Of a DNA stretch of 64,000 bases, positions 9,036 through 17,877 are shown piece after piece. The notes beneath the pieces were generated by a model. It saw only the letters and a program-made list of their open reading frames with translations. It had not been told where the DNA came from and made no database searches. The DNA is from Minisyncoccota bacterium. Its GTDB lineage: Bacteria > Patescibacteriota > Minisyncoccia > Phycocordibacterales > UBA1550. Numbering within the stretch: the stretch's first letter is position 1; each line of letters starts with the position of its first letter. The stretch spans positions 57,964 to 121,963 of the forward strand of contig JBAZWZ010000002.1 in assembly GCA_041660105.1 (NCBI GenBank), read 5' to 3'. A program made the translations under genes and the position numbers.

Positions 9036-9120
9036 TCGCACAATATATCTTTTGCGACGTGCTCAGAAATCCTGTAAGGATTACTTGAGTACGTCGCAAA
9101 AGAGCCTCCATTGTGCGACC
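9036..9120. repeat. cluster of GTCGCA(A/C)AA / TT(T/G)TGCGAC inverted repeats forming at least two hairpins
   Basis: ACGTCGCACAA-tatatc-TTTTGCGACGT and GTCGCAAAAG-agcctccat-TGTGCGAC, plus a central AATCCtgtaAGGATT hairpin. This is the 3' intergenic region of convergent genes. Confidence 0.4.
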
Positions 9121-9121
9121 T

Positions 9122-9180
9122 CGAATCAGCTGATTCTGAATTAGCAAATTCACGTCTCGGACGAAATCTTGGACATAAAC
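9122..9180 (+). repeat. copy 1 of the palindromic element (CGAATCAGCTGATTC ... CTTGGACATAAAC)
   Basis: Contains the 14-bp perfect palindrome GAATCAGCTGATTC and the shared TTGGACATAAAC module. Confidence 0.6.
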
Positions 9181-9223
9181 ATAAAAATGTGCGCACAATC
9201 CAGGTTTGCGACAAAACTAAAAA

Positions 9224-9466
9224 TTATTTTCCGAGAATTTGTGCTGTGGTAGTTGCTGTTGATGTAGCCGTTGAACTCGCTGACTCGAGTAAATCAATTG
9301 CGCTACCCGTCAGAAATTTAAATAATGGTAAAATATAATTTATCCAAGCTTCACTCAAAATTGCTATAATCTGTTTTACTATCGGCATTTGAGCCACCGC
9401 ATGCAAATCTATATTAAAATATGCGAGCCCCGCAATGATAATAACTGCCAAAAACACGATCTGCAT
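9224..9466 (-). CDS. small membrane protein (about 80 aa)
   Basis: MQIVFLAVIIIAGLAYF... has a TM helix, and AGGAGGG lies just upstream of the ATG at 9466. The gene is flanked by copies 1 and 2 of the palindromic element. The alternative longer start (MKRK at about 9562) would translate through copy 2. Confidence 0.45.
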   Translation of the reverse strand: MQIVFLAVIIIAGLAYFNIDLHAVAQMPIVKQIIAILSEAWINYILPLFKFLTGSAIDLLESASSTATSTATTTAQILGK

Positions 9467-9518
9467 AAACCCTCCTGAGTTTTTCGAAGAAAAATTCTGG
9501 CGGGTAAATCCGCGGTTA

Positions 9519-9550
9519 CGAATCAGCTGATTCGTGTCTTGGACATAAAC
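9519..9550 (+). repeat. copy 2 of the palindromic element (CGAATCAGCTGATTCG-tg-TCTTGGACATAAAC)
   Basis: 16-bp perfect palindrome followed directly by the TTGGACATAAAC module. A TAGTAAT -10-like box sits 16 nt downstream. Confidence 0.6.
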
Positions 9551-9586
9551 TTTTCTTTTCATAGTAATTATATTGTACATTGTTTT

Positions 9587-10861
9587 TTACATATAATCCA
9601 TCGGATCCAGATACGCGTTGGTTGCCGCTACGGGCATTGTGTAGGTACGGCCACCGCAAGACTTACTTGGGAGATTCTTTACTTCAACCGCTGCTGCTGC
9701 AAAAACCGTCAGGTGCAAGTGCGGACCTGTCGAATAGCCGGTGTTGCCACTGTAGCCAATAAGGTCGCTTGTGTTAACGGTCTGCCCTTTTGATACTTTT
9801 ATAAGCGAAAAGTGCGCATAGAGGCTCGCAAGTCCGTTGTTGTGCTTGATGAGCACCCATTTACCATACGAAGCACCCGCGCACGTGAGGTCTGTGTCCC
9901 CTGTGCCGATTACCGTCCCTGAGAGCATCGCCTTCACAGGAGTTCCTACCGATGCTCGAAAGTCTGTACCATTGTGCGTCCCTGATGCATACAAACGCCC
10001 TGATGAGCTCGTCTTGCCAAACTGTTGTGTGATAGTAAGCGGATTAAGTGGCGCTGCAAAAACTTTTGTACCACGTGGCGGAATCGACGTTGGATCAAGA
10101 ATGAATTTCAATGTTGATTCATACTCACGAAGTTCTTTCTCGAGCGCGTCCTTGAGCGCGAGCTTGTCTTTCAAAATCTTTTGGTACTGCGTCTCTTGAT
10201 TTTTTGTTTGCGTAAGAAGCTTCGTTGTTTGCTTTTTGTTATCAAGCGTGATTTTCTTTTGATCACTGAGGTCGCTCTGGAGGGTCAACAACTTCCCTTT
10301 TACTGTTTGTTGTTTTTTGTTTTTGTTTTCCAGATCCGCCTTCAATGACTTGATGAGCTCTACGTTTTCATTTATCGATAAGCTGAATTCACCGAGAGAC
10401 TCGATATCATTCCAAAAATCAGAAAAACTTTTGTCAGACAGGGCAACTTGGACCAAGGATAGCTTATCTCCTTCGTTTATTACCCGCAATGCTTCTTTGA
10501 GCGCTGCTATACGCCCGCTTATTTCATCTTCCTTATAGGAAATTTCTGAGCTTAACTGTCGGATAGTTAAATTTGAAGTATCAACCTTCGCTTGAGTTAC
10601 TTTTATCTGCGCTTCGAGTGCTTTCTGTGTCGTTGCGAGTGCGGCAACAGCATTGCTCAGCGTTTTTTTCTTTGTTGCAAGAGTGGTGAGGTCTCCTTGA
10701 TACTGTTTTATTTCATCTTCAAGTTTTTGTATCGCAGTATTTTGGGCGGTGATTTTTTGTTGTAACTCGTCGACTGTTTGCGCACTCGTAAGTCCACCCG
10801 TCATAAATACAATAACGCCGAGCGACAATAATATTCCAAGTTGAAAAAAATATTTTCGCAT
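9587..10861 (-). CDS. M23-family peptidase with long N-terminal coiled coil (EnvC/LytM-like)
   Basis: N-terminal signal/TM, a Q/K/L-rich coiled coil, and C-terminal GTHNGTDF...YAHFS...GNTGYSTGPHLHL M23 motifs. Confidence 0.8.
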   Translation of the reverse strand: MRKYFFQLGILLSLGVIVFMTGGLTSAQTVDELQQKITAQNTAIQKLEDEIKQYQGDLTTLATKKKTLSNAVAALATTQKALEAQIKVTQAKVDTSNLTIRQLSSEISYKEDEISGRIAALKEALRVINEGDKLSLVQVALSDKSFSDFWNDIESLGEFSLSINENVELIKSLKADLENKNKKQQTVKGKLLTLQSDLSDQKKITLDNKKQTTKLLTQTKNQETQYQKILKDKLALKDALEKELREYESTLKFILDPTSIPPRGTKVFAAPLNPLTITQQFGKTSSSGRLYASGTHNGTDFRASVGTPVKAMLSGTVIGTGDTDLTCAGASYGKWVLIKHNNGLASLYAHFSLIKVSKGQTVNTSDLIGYSGNTGYSTGPHLHLTVFAAAAVEVKNLPSKSCGGRTYTMPVAATNAYLDPMDYM

Positions 10862-10885
10862 AAAATTACAACACGCAAACAAATA

Positions 10886-12229
10886 CTAAGCAATGAGTAG
10901 CTTCGTTGCTTTCTCAATGCGACTTATGGTGACTTCTTTCCCCAAAATACTTGCGAGAACGAAAGGATCGGGTGATTTGTCACGACCCGAAAGAGCGTAG
11001 CGCATCGGCCAGAGGACACTCCCCCTCCCTACTTCGGTCGCATAGTCCCAGATTGCTGTTTTAATCGTCTCTGGGGTAAAAAGATTGTCATCAATATCAC
11101 CAATCAACGAAAGAACTTTCCTAAGCTTGCCCTCAGCAACAAATTTATCTTTCTCATCTTTCCACAAGAGTGCATCTACAGAATATTCTGGATCGTCAAA
11201 AAAGTATCCATACTCCCCCGCATCTGCAAGTGCGCTCACTTCTCCAAACGTCGAGATATGGTCGAGAATAACAAGTACAATTTTTGCGAGAATATTTTTA
11301 TTATTTTCTGCCTTCGCTCGTAAGTCATCAGGAAAACGCCTGAGGATTTCTGCTTCAGCATTTTCTGTAGTGAGAACCTTCATGTAGTGCTTGTTGAGCC
11401 ACTTGAGTTTATCAATATTAAAAACAGCGCCACCTTTTTGTATTTTCTCAAGCATGAAAAGTTTAATCATCTCATCAAGTGAGATTATTTCCTGATCGTT
11501 ACCCGGGTTCCAACCCATAAGCGCAACAAAGTTGAGGATTGCCTCAGGTAAATATCCTTCCTCACGATACTCAGTCACTGCGAGAGCACCATGACGCTTT
11601 GAGAGCTTCGATTTGTCGGGGGCGAGTATCATTGGCAAATGCGCATACACAGGGCGCGGTGCACCAAGAGCTTCTTGAATAAGGATTTGACGTGGCGTAT
11701 TTGAAATGCCATCGTCTCCGCGAATGATGTGAGTTACCCCCATTTCGAAATCGTCGACAACCACCGCGAAGTGATAGAGTGGGGACTCGAGATCTTTTGC
11801 AATAACAAAATCACCAAGCTCGGTGGTATCAAAGGAAATATCTCCACGAGCCTCGTCACGAAACGTGACAACACCATTGGGATTCTTGAAGCGAATTACT
11901 TCTGTGCGGTCCCCCGGTTCCTTCGGTTCCTCTTTTGAAACATACGCTGTGCCGTCGGCAATAAGTTTAATGAGATGTTTTTTATATATTTCTCCACGTT
12001 CAGACTGACGATAAAATTCATCATTTGTAAGTCCAAGCCACGCAAGCCCATCGAGGATATTATCTTCAAATTCTCTCTTCGAGCGTTCCTTGTCAGTATC
12101 CTCAATACGCAAAATAAATTTACCACCATTTTGACGAGCAAAAAGCCACGAGTAAAGTGCAGTGCGCACGGACCCAATATGAAGCACCCCTGTTGGTGAT
12201 GGCGCAAATCTTGTTATAACGTTTGTCAT
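10886..12229 (-). CDS. gltX: glutamyl-tRNA synthetase
   Basis: RFAPSPTGVLHIGSVRTALYSWLFAR...LRIEDTD (HIGH region) and KLSKR (KMSKS). Confidence 0.9.
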   Translation of the reverse strand: MTNVITRFAPSPTGVLHIGSVRTALYSWLFARQNGGKFILRIEDTDKERSKREFEDNILDGLAWLGLTNDEFYRQSERGEIYKKHLIKLIADGTAYVSKEEPKEPGDRTEVIRFKNPNGVVTFRDEARGDISFDTTELGDFVIAKDLESPLYHFAVVVDDFEMGVTHIIRGDDGISNTPRQILIQEALGAPRPVYAHLPMILAPDKSKLSKRHGALAVTEYREEGYLPEAILNFVALMGWNPGNDQEIISLDEMIKLFMLEKIQKGGAVFNIDKLKWLNKHYMKVLTTENAEAEILRRFPDDLRAKAENNKNILAKIVLVILDHISTFGEVSALADAGEYGYFFDDPEYSVDALLWKDEKDKFVAEGKLRKVLSLIGDIDDNLFTPETIKTAIWDYATEVGRGSVLWPMRYALSGRDKSPDPFVLASILGKEVTISRIEKATKLLIA

Positions 12230-12233
12230 ATAT

Positions 12234-13361
12234 TTATTTCTGGTGACGGAGGAGTATTGCAACTATTTGTTCAGCTATTTTTTCTGCGGCGTCGGTGCGA
12301 GCAAATGCCTTTGCTGCCGCCTTCATCGTCGCACGCTCGTTTGCATCGTTCATCAGTAAATCAATCTCCGACATCAAAATATTTGGTCCAAGATTTGCTT
12401 CTTCAATAACTACTGCTCCTCCCGCGCGCGCGTACGCAAAAGCATTTTTGCGCTGATGGTCGCCGATATGATTTGCGATAGGAATGAGTATTGCTGGCAC
12501 ACCCCATGCAGCTATTTCAAAAATTGCCGATCCCGCGCGTGATACGACGACCGTCGCTGCTTCGGCGGCAAGCTTCATCGTCTCAGAACCAAGGTATCCG
12601 TAAATATGGTAACGTGATGCATTTGGGTTGCCACCGAGCATTCCGTTTACATTGGTGCGCACTTCTTCAAGATTGGTCTCACCCGACTGGTGAACAATCT
12701 GATATTTTTCTACGAGCCTTGGTGCGAGAGTTTCCATCTGACTGTTGATAGTGCGAGCACCTTGTGATCCGCCGAGGACGAGGAGTACGGGGATACTTGG
12801 ATCAAGTCCGAGCTCTTTGAAAGCATCTTTGCCTGACGGGACGAGAACCTCTTCGCGGATAGGATTGCCAGTGAGTGCGGTGCGTCCTGCGGGGAAAAAT
12901 GGCGCGGCTTCGGGGTACGAGATGGCAATCTTCTGCGCAAACTTCCCTGCCCATGCGTTCACGCGACCTGGGACGGTATCGGACTCGTGAATGATGACAG
13001 GAATACGGAAAACGCGCGCAGCGACGAGCACGGGGAAGCTAGCAAAACCACCCTTACTAAAAACCACATCAGGGTACAACGCAAAAATCTGAAAAATCGC
13101 TTTTACGACACCCCAAGCAGTAACAAATACATCAAAAAAATTCTGCACAGAGAAATACGCGCGCATCTTCCCCGCACTAACTTGCTTGAAAGTGATTTTG
13201 TTGTCGTACAAAAGACGCTCGTTGTACGGGTCGGTCGACATATAAAAAAGCTCTACCTTTGCGATTTTCTCGCGCTCAAGCATTTTATTTAGTTTTTCGG
13301 CGACGGCTATTAGTGGGTAAAAGTGTCCGCCTGTATATCCGCCTGTGAGAAGAATCCGCAT
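12234..13361 (-). CDS. murG: UDP-N-acetylglucosamine--N-acetylmuramyl-(pentapeptide)-pyrophosphoryl-undecaprenol N-acetylglucosamine transferase
   Basis: MRILLTGGYTGGHFYPLIAV and the C-terminal GGSQGA nucleotide-sugar motif. Confidence 0.85.
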   Translation of the reverse strand: MRILLTGGYTGGHFYPLIAVAEKLNKMLEREKIAKVELFYMSTDPYNERLLYDNKITFKQVSAGKMRAYFSVQNFFDVFVTAWGVVKAIFQIFALYPDVVFSKGGFASFPVLVAARVFRIPVIIHESDTVPGRVNAWAGKFAQKIAISYPEAAPFFPAGRTALTGNPIREEVLVPSGKDAFKELGLDPSIPVLLVLGGSQGARTINSQMETLAPRLVEKYQIVHQSGETNLEEVRTNVNGMLGGNPNASRYHIYGYLGSETMKLAAEAATVVVSRAGSAIFEIAAWGVPAILIPIANHIGDHQRKNAFAYARAGGAVVIEEANLGPNILMSEIDLLMNDANERATMKAAAKAFARTDAAEKIAEQIVAILLRHQK

Positions 13362-13362
13362 A

Positions 13363-14463
13363 TTATGATTTTGCTAATTTTGAAATGTTAAGTAGTATCC
13401 CGATCTCGAGGAACGCAAAGAGTAATGCGGTTCCGCCGTGGCTCACAAAAACAAGAGGAACTCCTGTCAGAGGTATAAGCCCAAGCATCGCCGCAATGTT
13501 CGCAAATGACTGCGATACTATCAGTATAACAATTCCGACGGCTAAAAGCGACTCAAACATATCGGGGGCTCGTCTTGCAATAAGAATGCCCCGAACGCTA
13601 AAAGCGAGAAACAAAAGTATGATAGTTACTCCACCAAGAAATCCGAACTCCTCCCCCGCCACCGCAAAGATAGAGTCTCCTGTAGGCTCTGGGAGAGAGC
13701 CAGATTTCTGAATACTTTGACCAAACCCTCGCCCCGTGACGCCACCCGAGCCGATAGCAAGCAATGACTTTTGAAGTTGATAACTTGCGCCTTGGGGGTC
13801 GCGTGATGAATCCATAAACGTAAGGACGCGCTCCATAACATAGGGCTTCACCATCGCGAGGACGCCCACGGCAAAGACTGCGATGATCACAACGTAAACA
13901 AAGTGGCGCAATTTTGCACCCGCGGTAATGAGCATTGCAAGAAGAGCAGCAAGGAGGACAGCCAGAGTCCCCGTGTCGGGCTCCTTGAGCAACACTATCG
14001 CAGGAACAGCAATGACGCCAAAGAGCAGTCCGAGGGAATATTTTACTTCGCTTAATTTATTTTTAAAAAGTGGCAGAAGTGCTGCAAAATAAATTACCGC
14101 ACCGAGTTTGAGAAGCTCGGATGGTTGAAACGACATCACACGTAAATCAATCCATCTGTCAGCGCCGTTGTAGCCAAATCCGATACCGGGCACGAAAACA
14201 AGGAGTGTCACAATGATAGAGCCGATAAAAATATAGAGTGCATTCTTTTGTAATAATTTTATGGGGAATTTGAATGTAATAAATGTAGCAATCAGAATAC
14301 CAAGTACCAGCCCAAGCGTTTGGTCAAAAAATAAATCTTGCAAAGAAAAACCTTTGCGGACAAGCGGACCAAGTGATGCTGATGAAAAAACAAAAAAACC
14401 AACAAAAACAATTGCGGTAGCGAGTGCGAGGAATACTTTATCAAGAGTAGGTACTTTTCTCAT
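13363..14463 (-). CDS. ftsW: SEDS-family cell division/elongation protein FtsW/RodA
   Basis: Polytopic membrane protein with PEPTGDSIFAVAGEEFGFLG and SHGGTALL motifs. Its start overlaps the mraY stop by 1 nt (TAATG). Confidence 0.8.
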   Translation of the reverse strand: MRKVPTLDKVFLALATAIVFVGFFVFSSASLGPLVRKGFSLQDLFFDQTLGLVLGILIATFITFKFPIKLLQKNALYIFIGSIIVTLLVFVPGIGFGYNGADRWIDLRVMSFQPSELLKLGAVIYFAALLPLFKNKLSEVKYSLGLLFGVIAVPAIVLLKEPDTGTLAVLLAALLAMLITAGAKLRHFVYVVIIAVFAVGVLAMVKPYVMERVLTFMDSSRDPQGASYQLQKSLLAIGSGGVTGRGFGQSIQKSGSLPEPTGDSIFAVAGEEFGFLGGVTIILLFLAFSVRGILIARRAPDMFESLLAVGIVILIVSQSFANIAAMLGLIPLTGVPLVFVSHGGTALLFAFLEIGILLNISKLAKS

Positions 14464-15521
14464 TATCCTATAAGCGCAATTATTGTACCGACGAGAGCAA
14501 ACACGACCGAGAGAACCCAGTAACGCATAACCACTTTGTAAGGAGGCCATCCGAGTGCTTGGAAATGGTTGTGAAGTGGCGCAACGAGAAATACTTTTTT
14601 ACCATTGCGTAATTTTTTTGAAAAAATCTGGATGATACTTGAAGCACTCGTAACAACGAGCAGTAGCGCAATAATGGGGAGCACGAGCACTGCCTTAGTG
14701 AGAAACGCGACGACAGTAAGTGATGTCGTGAGTGCCATGGTACCTGTCTCAGAATTAAAAAATCGCGCAGGAGGAATATTGAACCAGAGGAACGCAAGGA
14801 GTCCACCGACGACCACACTACAGAATGCCGCGAGGTCGATTTGTCCTTGCGCAAACGAGATGATTGCGTACGCACTGAAGATTGAAGCAAACACACCACC
14901 CGAGAGTCCATCGATGCCGTCAATGATACCCCCCGAATAAATTCCAATCATAAAAATGATAAAGAGCGGGATGAACCAAAGTCCAAGCGTTGCATCACCA
15001 ATGAACGGCACATGAACGCTACCCATACCAAGCTTCGCGTAGAACCACCACGCGCCGACGCTCGCGAGAGTAAACACAAAAACAAGTCGGGCGCGAAGAG
15101 AAAGTCCACCACCAATATACGTTCCAGACTCACGACAAACAAGATAGTCATCAATGAGACCAAAGAGTCCACCCGCAATAAGCGTGAGAAGTGGGAGCCA
15201 CGTCTGATTGCGCGAGAGGAATGAAAGTTTCGCAAAAGCACTATCAGGGAACAGTGTCGCGAGAACAGAAAAAAGGACGATAGTAAACAACACCGATCCC
15301 CACACCACTACCCCACCCATGCGAGGCGTTTTACGCTCCTCGTCGTTATGAAGCTTGCTTGAGATAGTCGCTTCCCTGCCGTCCATCGTGAGCTTTACGC
15401 TCGACTTCTTCCACATCTTGTGGCGATACAAAAACCCCGTCAAAATAGGTGTAAAAAGGACACCAACCGTGAAGGCGACCGTCGCTGGAAGGAAGATTTT
15501 TACTACATCAAGAATCATCAT
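14463..15521 (-). CDS. mraY: phospho-N-acetylmuramoyl-pentapeptide transferase
   Basis: Polytopic membrane protein with KTPRMGG and HNHFQALGW motifs. Confidence 0.85.
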   Translation of the reverse strand: MMILDVVKIFLPATVAFTVGVLFTPILTGFLYRHKMWKKSSVKLTMDGREATISSKLHNDEERKTPRMGGVVVWGSVLFTIVLFSVLATLFPDSAFAKLSFLSRNQTWLPLLTLIAGGLFGLIDDYLVCRESGTYIGGGLSLRARLVFVFTLASVGAWWFYAKLGMGSVHVPFIGDATLGLWFIPLFIIFMIGIYSGGIIDGIDGLSGGVFASIFSAYAIISFAQGQIDLAAFCSVVVGGLLAFLWFNIPPARFFNSETGTMALTTSLTVVAFLTKAVLVLPIIALLLVVTSASSIIQIFSKKLRNGKKVFLVAPLHNHFQALGWPPYKVVMRYWVLSVVFALVGTIIALIG

Positions 15522-15574
15522 ATTTTTCTATTATATAGAAATTATAGACAAACTCCAAACGTTTAATTTAACAA

Positions 15575-16591
15575 TTAATTCTGAGACAGAGCTACAAGAA
15601 TAGTAGCTGCGACGAGCTTTTGAACATCTTCGAAACGCTCTTTGTAGCCAGAGCCGAGGACTACGATGACAATAGCGTCCCCTATTCCTCTGTCAAAAAT
15701 TACTGCAAGATTACCTCCCGCTAGGTCAGTAAATCCAGTCTTTGATGCAATGAGGCCGGGAATTTTGCCGACTATTTCATTGGTGTTTGGAAGGTAGTGC
15801 GCAATCTTGTCCTGAGAAGAAATATTTACTTCCTTGCGTGCAGTCACCTCAACAGTATCAGGGTATTTACTCCAGAGCTCTGCGATGAGCTCGGCAACAT
15901 TTTTTGCAGAGCCGTACCCGCCCGCCGTCGAGACGATTTCGGGCAAGCCGTTTTGTGTCGTGCTTACATCAAGCCCTGATTCATTGAAAAACTCCATTTG
16001 GTCAAGTCCGAGCTCCACGGCTTTTGCATTCATCATTTGTATAAAATTTGCACGAGTGAGACTCATATCAGGATAATTCTCTGGATGCCCATTTGCTCCC
16101 ACAAAGGAAGCAACAGCGTGGGCTCCGTCGTTCGACGAAATAATAAGTGTCGCACGAAGAAGGTCTCCAAGTCGCCAGCGTTCACCAGGGCGAAGACCAG
16201 TGTCTCCCTCCGCGGCGAGGTCATCCTTGGTAAGTGTAAGCACAGCACTCGCTGACATACTTTCGCGCGCAACAAGCGCTGTCATTAATTTGGTTACCGA
16301 AGCAAGTGGCAACTTTTCGTTTTCATTCTTGGCAAATAGAACGGTGTTCGTCTTGAGGTCATATACATACGCACCACGTGCAACGAGAGCGACCGTATCA
16401 AAGGGATTAACAATTTTCTCAGATAAAGACGTAGTGTTTGATACCTTGCTTACTCTCTGAGTACCTACCGGTGTATAAAATGAAACAAACCATTGCATCA
16501 GAAGTGCAAAAGCCGCTGTACTTCCGAGAACTATGACAAGTGCAATTATTCTCTTTGGGGTAAAATGCTCTTTATAATTCCTCGGGTTCAT
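15575..16591 (-). CDS. D-alanyl-D-alanine carboxypeptidase (S11, PBP5/6-like)
   Basis: N-terminal TM. ASVTKLMTA (SxxK), SSND (SxN) and KTGFT (KTG) motifs. Confidence 0.75.
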   Translation of the reverse strand: MNPRNYKEHFTPKRIIALVIVLGSTAAFALLMQWFVSFYTPVGTQRVSKVSNTTSLSEKIVNPFDTVALVARGAYVYDLKTNTVLFAKNENEKLPLASVTKLMTALVARESMSASAVLTLTKDDLAAEGDTGLRPGERWRLGDLLRATLIISSNDGAHAVASFVGANGHPENYPDMSLTRANFIQMMNAKAVELGLDQMEFFNESGLDVSTTQNGLPEIVSTAGGYGSAKNVAELIAELWSKYPDTVEVTARKEVNISSQDKIAHYLPNTNEIVGKIPGLIASKTGFTDLAGGNLAVIFDRGIGDAIVIVVLGSGYKERFEDVQKLVAATILVALSQN

Positions 16592-17117
16592 TTTCTACGT
16601 TTGCTTGTTTAAATTCTTCTACAGACTTTGTCGTCTCTTCATACCCTGGCAAATCCTGAACCTTGGTTACGCCCATATACGAGAGGAGCTCAAATGTTGG
16701 CTGATACACTGTGCTTCGTCCACCCTGATCAACTTTTTCAATAAGCCCACGAATGAGGAGGTTGCGCAAAATGTAATTTGAATTTACACCACGCAAGTAG
16801 TTAATCTCACTTCGAGATATTGGGCCACGATAAAGTACGGTTGCAAGCGTTTCGAGCCCTGCTTTGCCAAGCTCTTTGCTGAGTTCTTCCTTGAGGAGCG
16901 CTTCAATCAATGGTCCCATTTCTGGTGTTGTGCTCAATGTGTACTCATTGCCATTTTGCATAAGGACAATCCCTCGCCCTGAAAGCTCGTCTTTGAGAGT
17001 TACGAGCCCTTGTGCAACTTCTTCCTCAGTGTTGCCAAGAGACTTCACAAGAAAAGCCACCGTGACTGGCTCACCTTTGTAAAAAAGTAATGCTTCAATT
17101 TTTCGAGAAATTTCCAT
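16572..17117 (-). CDS. scpB: segregation and condensation protein B
   Basis: N-terminal EALLFYKGEPV and tandem wHTH architecture, 181 aa, directly downstream of scpA. Confidence 0.8.
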   Translation of the reverse strand: MEISRKIEALLFYKGEPVTVAFLVKSLGNTEEEVAQGLVTLKDELSGRGIVLMQNGNEYTLSTTPEMGPLIEALLKEELSKELGKAGLETLATVLYRGPISRSEINYLRGVNSNYILRNLLIRGLIEKVDQGGRSTVYQPTFELLSYMGVTKVQDLPGYEETTKSVEEFKQANVENEPEEL

Positions 17118-17122
17118 AAGTT

Positions 17123-17875
17123 TTATTGTACCACATTCCCCGTTCCTCCATAATTGGGTGTCTCCAAGACGCTCGTCTCAATCTGGATGTCGTCACTGTT
17201 CTCCGCTTGAGTAACTGCTATCATCCCTTGCTTCACGAGCTCGAGCATCGCAAGGAAGCTCACAATGACATTTACCTTCTCCTCCTTCCCTACTCCTGCG
17301 AAATCACGGAAGCTCATCTTGAGACTGCCAGTGATACGTGTGGCAAGTCTGTCCATCATCTCCTCAAGTGAGACGACTTTCTTTATCACAACTTTTGGCA
17401 GAGTTACCTTCTTTGGAAAATGTGCGATGATTTCGCAAATAGCTGCAAAAATACTCTGCGTGGTGATCTCCTCACTCGGAGCGAAGACGACTTCCTTTTC
17501 GCGTGTCTGACCCTTAGGAAAGGAAACGTTTACTCCAAAGCGCTCTTTCACACGCACGGAGAGCTCGCGAATCTTCTGGTACTCGCGCAAGCGTCGCTCA
17601 AGTTCGTTAATGTCCTGAGTTTCTTCAGGGCTGAGGTCGAGCGCAGGAAGAAGTGATTTTGACTTGATGAGAATGAGTGTCGAAGCAACGATGAGGAAGT
17701 TTGAAACAAAATCAACGGGCATCTTTTCAAACTGTCGCAAGTGCGCAATGTAGTCATCCGCAACCTGTGCAAGCGAAATCTCATTGATAAAAAGTTTGCG
17801 CTTCTCAACAAGATCAAGCAAAAGCTCGAGTGGTCCTTCAAAGACTTCAGTTTTTACTTGATAGTCAGGGTTCAT
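17123..17875 (-). CDS. scpA: segregation and condensation protein A
   Basis: EGPLELLLDLVEKRKLFINEISLAQVADDY is the kleisin N-terminal signature. Confidence 0.8.
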   Translation of the reverse strand: MNPDYQVKTEVFEGPLELLLDLVEKRKLFINEISLAQVADDYIAHLRQFEKMPVDFVSNFLIVASTLILIKSKSLLPALDLSPEETQDINELERRLREYQKIRELSVRVKERFGVNVSFPKGQTREKEVVFAPSEEITTQSIFAAICEIIAHFPKKVTLPKVVIKKVVSLEEMMDRLATRITGSLKMSFRDFAGVGKEEKVNVIVSFLAMLELVKQGMIAVTQAENSDDIQIETSVLETPNYGGTGNVVQ

Positions 17876-17877
17876 GA

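Noticed and set aside
9122-9180. Possible tRNA: the element contains TCGAATC, resembling a T-loop
   Set aside because: No acceptor stem, D-arm or anticodon arm can be folded around it. The 7-mer is part of the 14-bp perfect palindrome GAATCAGCTGATTC. No tRNA or rRNA genes were found anywhere in the window.
9587-10882. Alternative longer starts for several minus-strand genes (for example MFACCNF... for the M23 peptidase, MQYSSVTRNKY... for glt[16 protein letters not shown]... for dnaJ)
   Set aside because: The upstream extensions overlap neighbouring genes or repeat elements and lack family conservation. Conserved N-termini and RBS context support the internal Met starts used in the feature table.
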